DNA of 26,759 nt, taken from positions 1 through 26,759 of the IMG/VR virus record IMGVR_UViG_3300030085_001856; one strand, 5' to 3'. The notes under the pieces were generated by a model that was given only the letters and a program-made list of their open reading frames with translations, was not told where the DNA came from and did no database searches. This stretch comes from a virus (Duplodnaviria > Caudoviricetes). Position numbers and translations under genes: made by a program. This document shows, in pieces, positions 24,298 to 26,759 of this stretch. The number at the start of each line of letters is the position of its first letter. Position 1 is the first letter of the stretch.

Positions 24298-26675
24298 GTA
24301 ATGAAGTAGTTGCTTGTCTGAACTTGGGTCAGGTCAAGGTCGCCGAGGGCTGGCCGCGGCGGCAGCTTGGCCTTGCTTTTGTCTGAAAGTTGCGAGAGCA
24401 GCTGATCCACGATGGTGTCAAAGCTGCTCGCTGCATACAGGTCAGCGAACGTAGTGCGAACTGAGTTGCGGACCTGTTTCATTTCCGCTGGTGTCGTCAC
24501 GAAGCAATCGTGGATTCCTCCAAGGTTGCGCACCCCATGTGACATGGCGTGATTCGTGACCAGGGCCATGTGACTGGCGTCCTGGCTGTGCACGACGTTG
24601 GGGCTGAGCCCCCGCGCCATGCGCTGCTGGTCAAGACCAAGGTCGTCGACTTTGCAGCGAACGTCTAAGCGGACGTCGGAAAGGTATCGCAACCGGATCC
24701 GTTTGTCTTGTGTGTTTGGGTACATCTGTTGCACAAGGAGACCTGACGGTGTGACCCACCGCAGGGCCACGTCCTCCTTGCCTGCTGCTCTGCCCAGTGC
24801 ACGCAGGTATTCCATGGCCTGCTCGGCATGGCCGATTAGCGCCCGAGCTTCAGCGTGCAGGATCTGTGCCATGAAGTGCATGGCTGACATGGCACCTCCC
24901 TTGTGTGGCCAGGCACCAGGGCCGAGCATGTCGTCGGCACGGTCCAGAGCCCACGCCCAGCAGGCGTGGTAGTAGGCGATGGGCGTGGCCGAGTACGGCA
25001 GGGTCATCACGATGGGCTTGGCCAGCGACCTGTCGGGCTGCAGTGCCAACCACTTGCCTGCCCGTGGGTCATCGCTGTCCCGCAGGCGTGCCAGCACACG
25101 GGCCATGACCATGCCGTAGATGTCCTGCGGCTGGTCGTTGTCAACCAAGTTGACCATGGCCCCCATGTCCTCGCTGCGCAGCAGCCCGCTGTAGTGCTGG
25201 ATGCCCGAGCAAGTGCAGTCCAGCGTCACCGGCAGCCGGCACGGGTAGCCGAAGCCGACGTCGCTGAACTCCTTGTAGGCACGGCAGAACGCAAGGAACT
25301 GCCACGGCTTGTCAGCCTTTAGCCAAAACTCAGGCCGTAGCCACGGGTCAGCGCCGACCTGTCTGATCTGGTGCTGGTTCTCATGGACCCAGTCGACACG
25401 GGTGCGGTAGTCATGCTTCCCCATGCCATAGACGTTGGCTCCATGCACCCGCAACCAGTCAGCCTCGTCCTCGTTAGTGATTGCAACTCCCTCGGCAAAG
25501 CGCAGCAGGGCCCGACAGGCTTCATTTCCTTGTGGATTTAGAAAAGGTTGGCGATAGAAGTACCTGCCCCTGAAGTCCAGGGACATGGTGAAGTAAATGC
25601 AGGGCTCGTCTGCAAACCGGCGGGCCACCCACAGCATCTTTGCTTGGTTAATCCGTGCGCACAGGGTGCGCTCGTTCTTTTCGTGGATGCGCTTGGCCTG
25701 CTTGCGCCATGCCCTGACGCCGGGGTCATCGTCCGGCAGGTGCTTGGGGTACGGCGGCACCGGCCACCCCTCACGGGGCAGCAGGCAGCCGACTTCCATG
25801 CACTGGTCATAGGCCAGCTGGATCTGCTCCAGCATCCACCCATCGACTGACCACGGGACAGACTGCTGCCGGTTTGCTGCGCTCATAAACGCTTCGCTTC
25901 CGTCGCTGTGTGCGGCCACCACCTGGGCGTTGCTTTTGAGAAGCTCTGTCGAAAGATGTTTGGCGTAGTAGCCACCGTTGGTAGGCGTTGTCCATGGGCG
26001 TGGTGGGATTACGAGGGGTAGGTAGTTGGGTGTCATGAGCAGCTGCTTGTTGTGCACCTGCTCAATCCACTCCATGCACGCCTGGGTCGGCTTAACGACA
26101 CGGCGGCATGGCTTGGTGCTGTGATCTAGCTCGATTGCAATCAAGCCGGTGTACTTGGCGAGCATGTAAACCAGGAATGTCCCGGTCGCCATGCGTTCCT
26201 TCGGGGTCCACTCATCTGTGGCCTGCATGCGGCGGATCACCGCCTGCTTGTGTGAGCCACGGCCACGGGCCTGCTTGTACCAACCCAGCTCACGCTGCGT
26301 GGCACGGTCGAGCATTGTCTCGGTCCATAGCTTGTCCGAGACATCGGCCGCCACATGATGCAACGTGTGACTGCTGCTGATGCAGTCGACCACAGTCCTG
26401 GCAGCTGTGGCCGCCACTTGCTGGGGGGGCAGGTGGGTCAAGGGTGAAAGCAGGGCAAACGATGGCCCTGCTTTTCCCGCTGCAATGCGACGGCGTATCG
26501 CCCGCAGGTGGGGCACCAGCTGTTCCACGCCAAGCGCAGACAGATGCTCGCCCCACTTGCTCAGTGATTGCTGGCCCTTCAGGCGTTGACGGTGTGCAAT
26601 CAGCTCGACCCTGTCACGGCCGAGCGTCAGCATCTCCCGCTCAAGTGCTAGCTGGTCCTCCTTGGTTCGGGTCAC
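24294..26675 (-). CDS. gp1: Single-subunit DNA-dependent RNA polymerase (T7/Syn5-like)
   Basis: 793 aa, GTG start. PLVIPPRPW..GGY, DFRGRYFY, motif A LDCTCSGIQHY, motif B RSLAKPIVMTLPY, PNVVHSQDASH, motif C IHDCF; catalytic residues appear intact. Confidence 0.97.
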   Translation of the reverse strand: MTRTKEDQLALEREMLTLGRDRVELIAHRQRLKGQQSLSKWGEHLSALGVEQLVPHLRAIRRRIAAGKAGPSFALLSPLTHLPPQQVAATAARTVVDCISSSHTLHHVAADVSDKLWTETMLDRATQRELGWYKQARGRGSHKQAVIRRMQATDEWTPKERMATGTFLVYMLAKYTGLIAIELDHSTKPCRRVVKPTQACMEWIEQVHNKQLLMTPNYLPLVIPPRPWTTPTNGGYYAKHLSTELLKSNAQVVAAHSDGSEAFMSAANRQQSVPWSVDGWMLEQIQLAYDQCMEVGCLLPREGWPVPPYPKHLPDDDPGVRAWRKQAKRIHEKNERTLCARINQAKMLWVARRFADEPCIYFTMSLDFRGRYFYRQPFLNPQGNEACRALLRFAEGVAITNEDEADWLRVHGANVYGMGKHDYRTRVDWVHENQHQIRQVGADPWLRPEFWLKADKPWQFLAFCRAYKEFSDVGFGYPCRLPVTLDCTCSGIQHYSGLLRSEDMGAMVNLVDNDQPQDIYGMVMARVLARLRDSDDPRAGKWLALQPDRSLAKPIVMTLPYSATPIAYYHACWAWALDRADDMLGPGAWPHKGGAMSAMHFMAQILHAEARALIGHAEQAMEYLRALGRAAGKEDVALRWVTPSGLLVQQMYPNTQDKRIRLRYLSDVRLDVRCKVDDLGLDQQRMARGLSPNVVHSQDASHMALVTNHAMSHGVRNLGGIHDCFVTTPAEMKQVRNSVRTTFADLYAASSFDTIVDQLLSQLSDKSKAKLPPRPALGDLDLTQVQTSNYFIT

Positions 26676-26759
26676 GTTCGAGCAAAGCGATGGTGTTGGT
26701 CAAAACCTCCGGGTTGAGGTGGCTGTAGCGCTCGGTCACTTTGATGTTGCTGTGGCCTA
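26641..26759 (-). CDS. int: Tyrosine recombinase / integrase, C-terminal fragment (5'-truncated by the window edge)
   Basis: Not in the ORF track. Hand translation: (L)GHSNIKVTERYSHLNPEVLTNTIALLERDPNQGGPAST*, the box II LGH...T..Y motif with catalytic Tyr. Stop at 26641-26643, overlapping the RNAP start by 35 nt. Confidence 0.85.
   Translation of the reverse strand, partial: GHSNIKVTERYSHLNPEVLTNTIALLERDPNQGGPAST

Larger units (their letters stand above)
1..26759 (-). mobile_element. Partial T7-like podovirus genome or prophage (integrase-encoding, cyanopodovirus-like)
   Basis: Co-oriented T7-type gene order RNAP-SSB-endonuclease-primase/helicase-exonuclease-portal-scaffold-capsid-tail tube A/B-internal proteins-tail fibre, with an integrase next to RNAP. 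No host genes or att sites are visible, so free phage and prophage cannot be distinguished. Confidence 0.95.

Noticed and set aside
23626-24309. 227-aa plus-strand ORF and other long antisense ORFs across the window
   Set aside because: They lie opposite well-supported phage genes, have no recognisable motifs, and are expected from GC-rich codon bias.
24985-25030. RNAP motif B reading TLPYS instead of the T7 TLAYG as a sign of inactivation
   Set aside because: The key Arg, Lys and Tyr are retained, and the residue after Tyr varies among phage RNAPs.
1-26759. Frequent GTCGAC palindromes
   Set aside because: Plausibly explained by Val-Asp and Ser-Thr codon pairs in GC-rich coding DNA; enrichment was not computed.

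Overview
The window is a contiguous, gene-dense segment of a T7-like (Autographiviridae-type) podovirus genome or prophage, with every credible gene on the minus strand. Read right to left it holds: the 3' end of a tyrosine integrase, single-subunit RNA polymerase, SSB, endonuclease I, primase-helicase, 5'-3' exonuclease, two small genes, portal, a small overlapping acidic ORF, scaffold, major capsid, tail tubular proteins A and B, a gp13-like GNAT-fold protein, three internal virion (ejection) proteins, and a tail fibre that runs off the left end. The integrase and tail fibre are missing from the supplied ORF track and were translated by hand. Gene order, the compact RNAP and high GC suggest a cyanopodovirus, possibly of Synechococcus (inference). 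Main points of interest: (1) there is no DNA polymerase at its canonical slot, and the helicase lacks the acidic polymerase-docking tail; (2) the 2543-aa gp16-position protein looks like a virion-delivered polyvalent effector carrying ParB-like, HExxH metallopeptidase and ADP-ribosyltransferase-like domains; (3) the gp15-position protein has a C-terminal lytic transglycosylase behind an internal signal-peptidase-like motif; (4) a terminator and multi-hairpin leader precede the capsid gene. All calls come from motif recognition and synteny; no searches were run.
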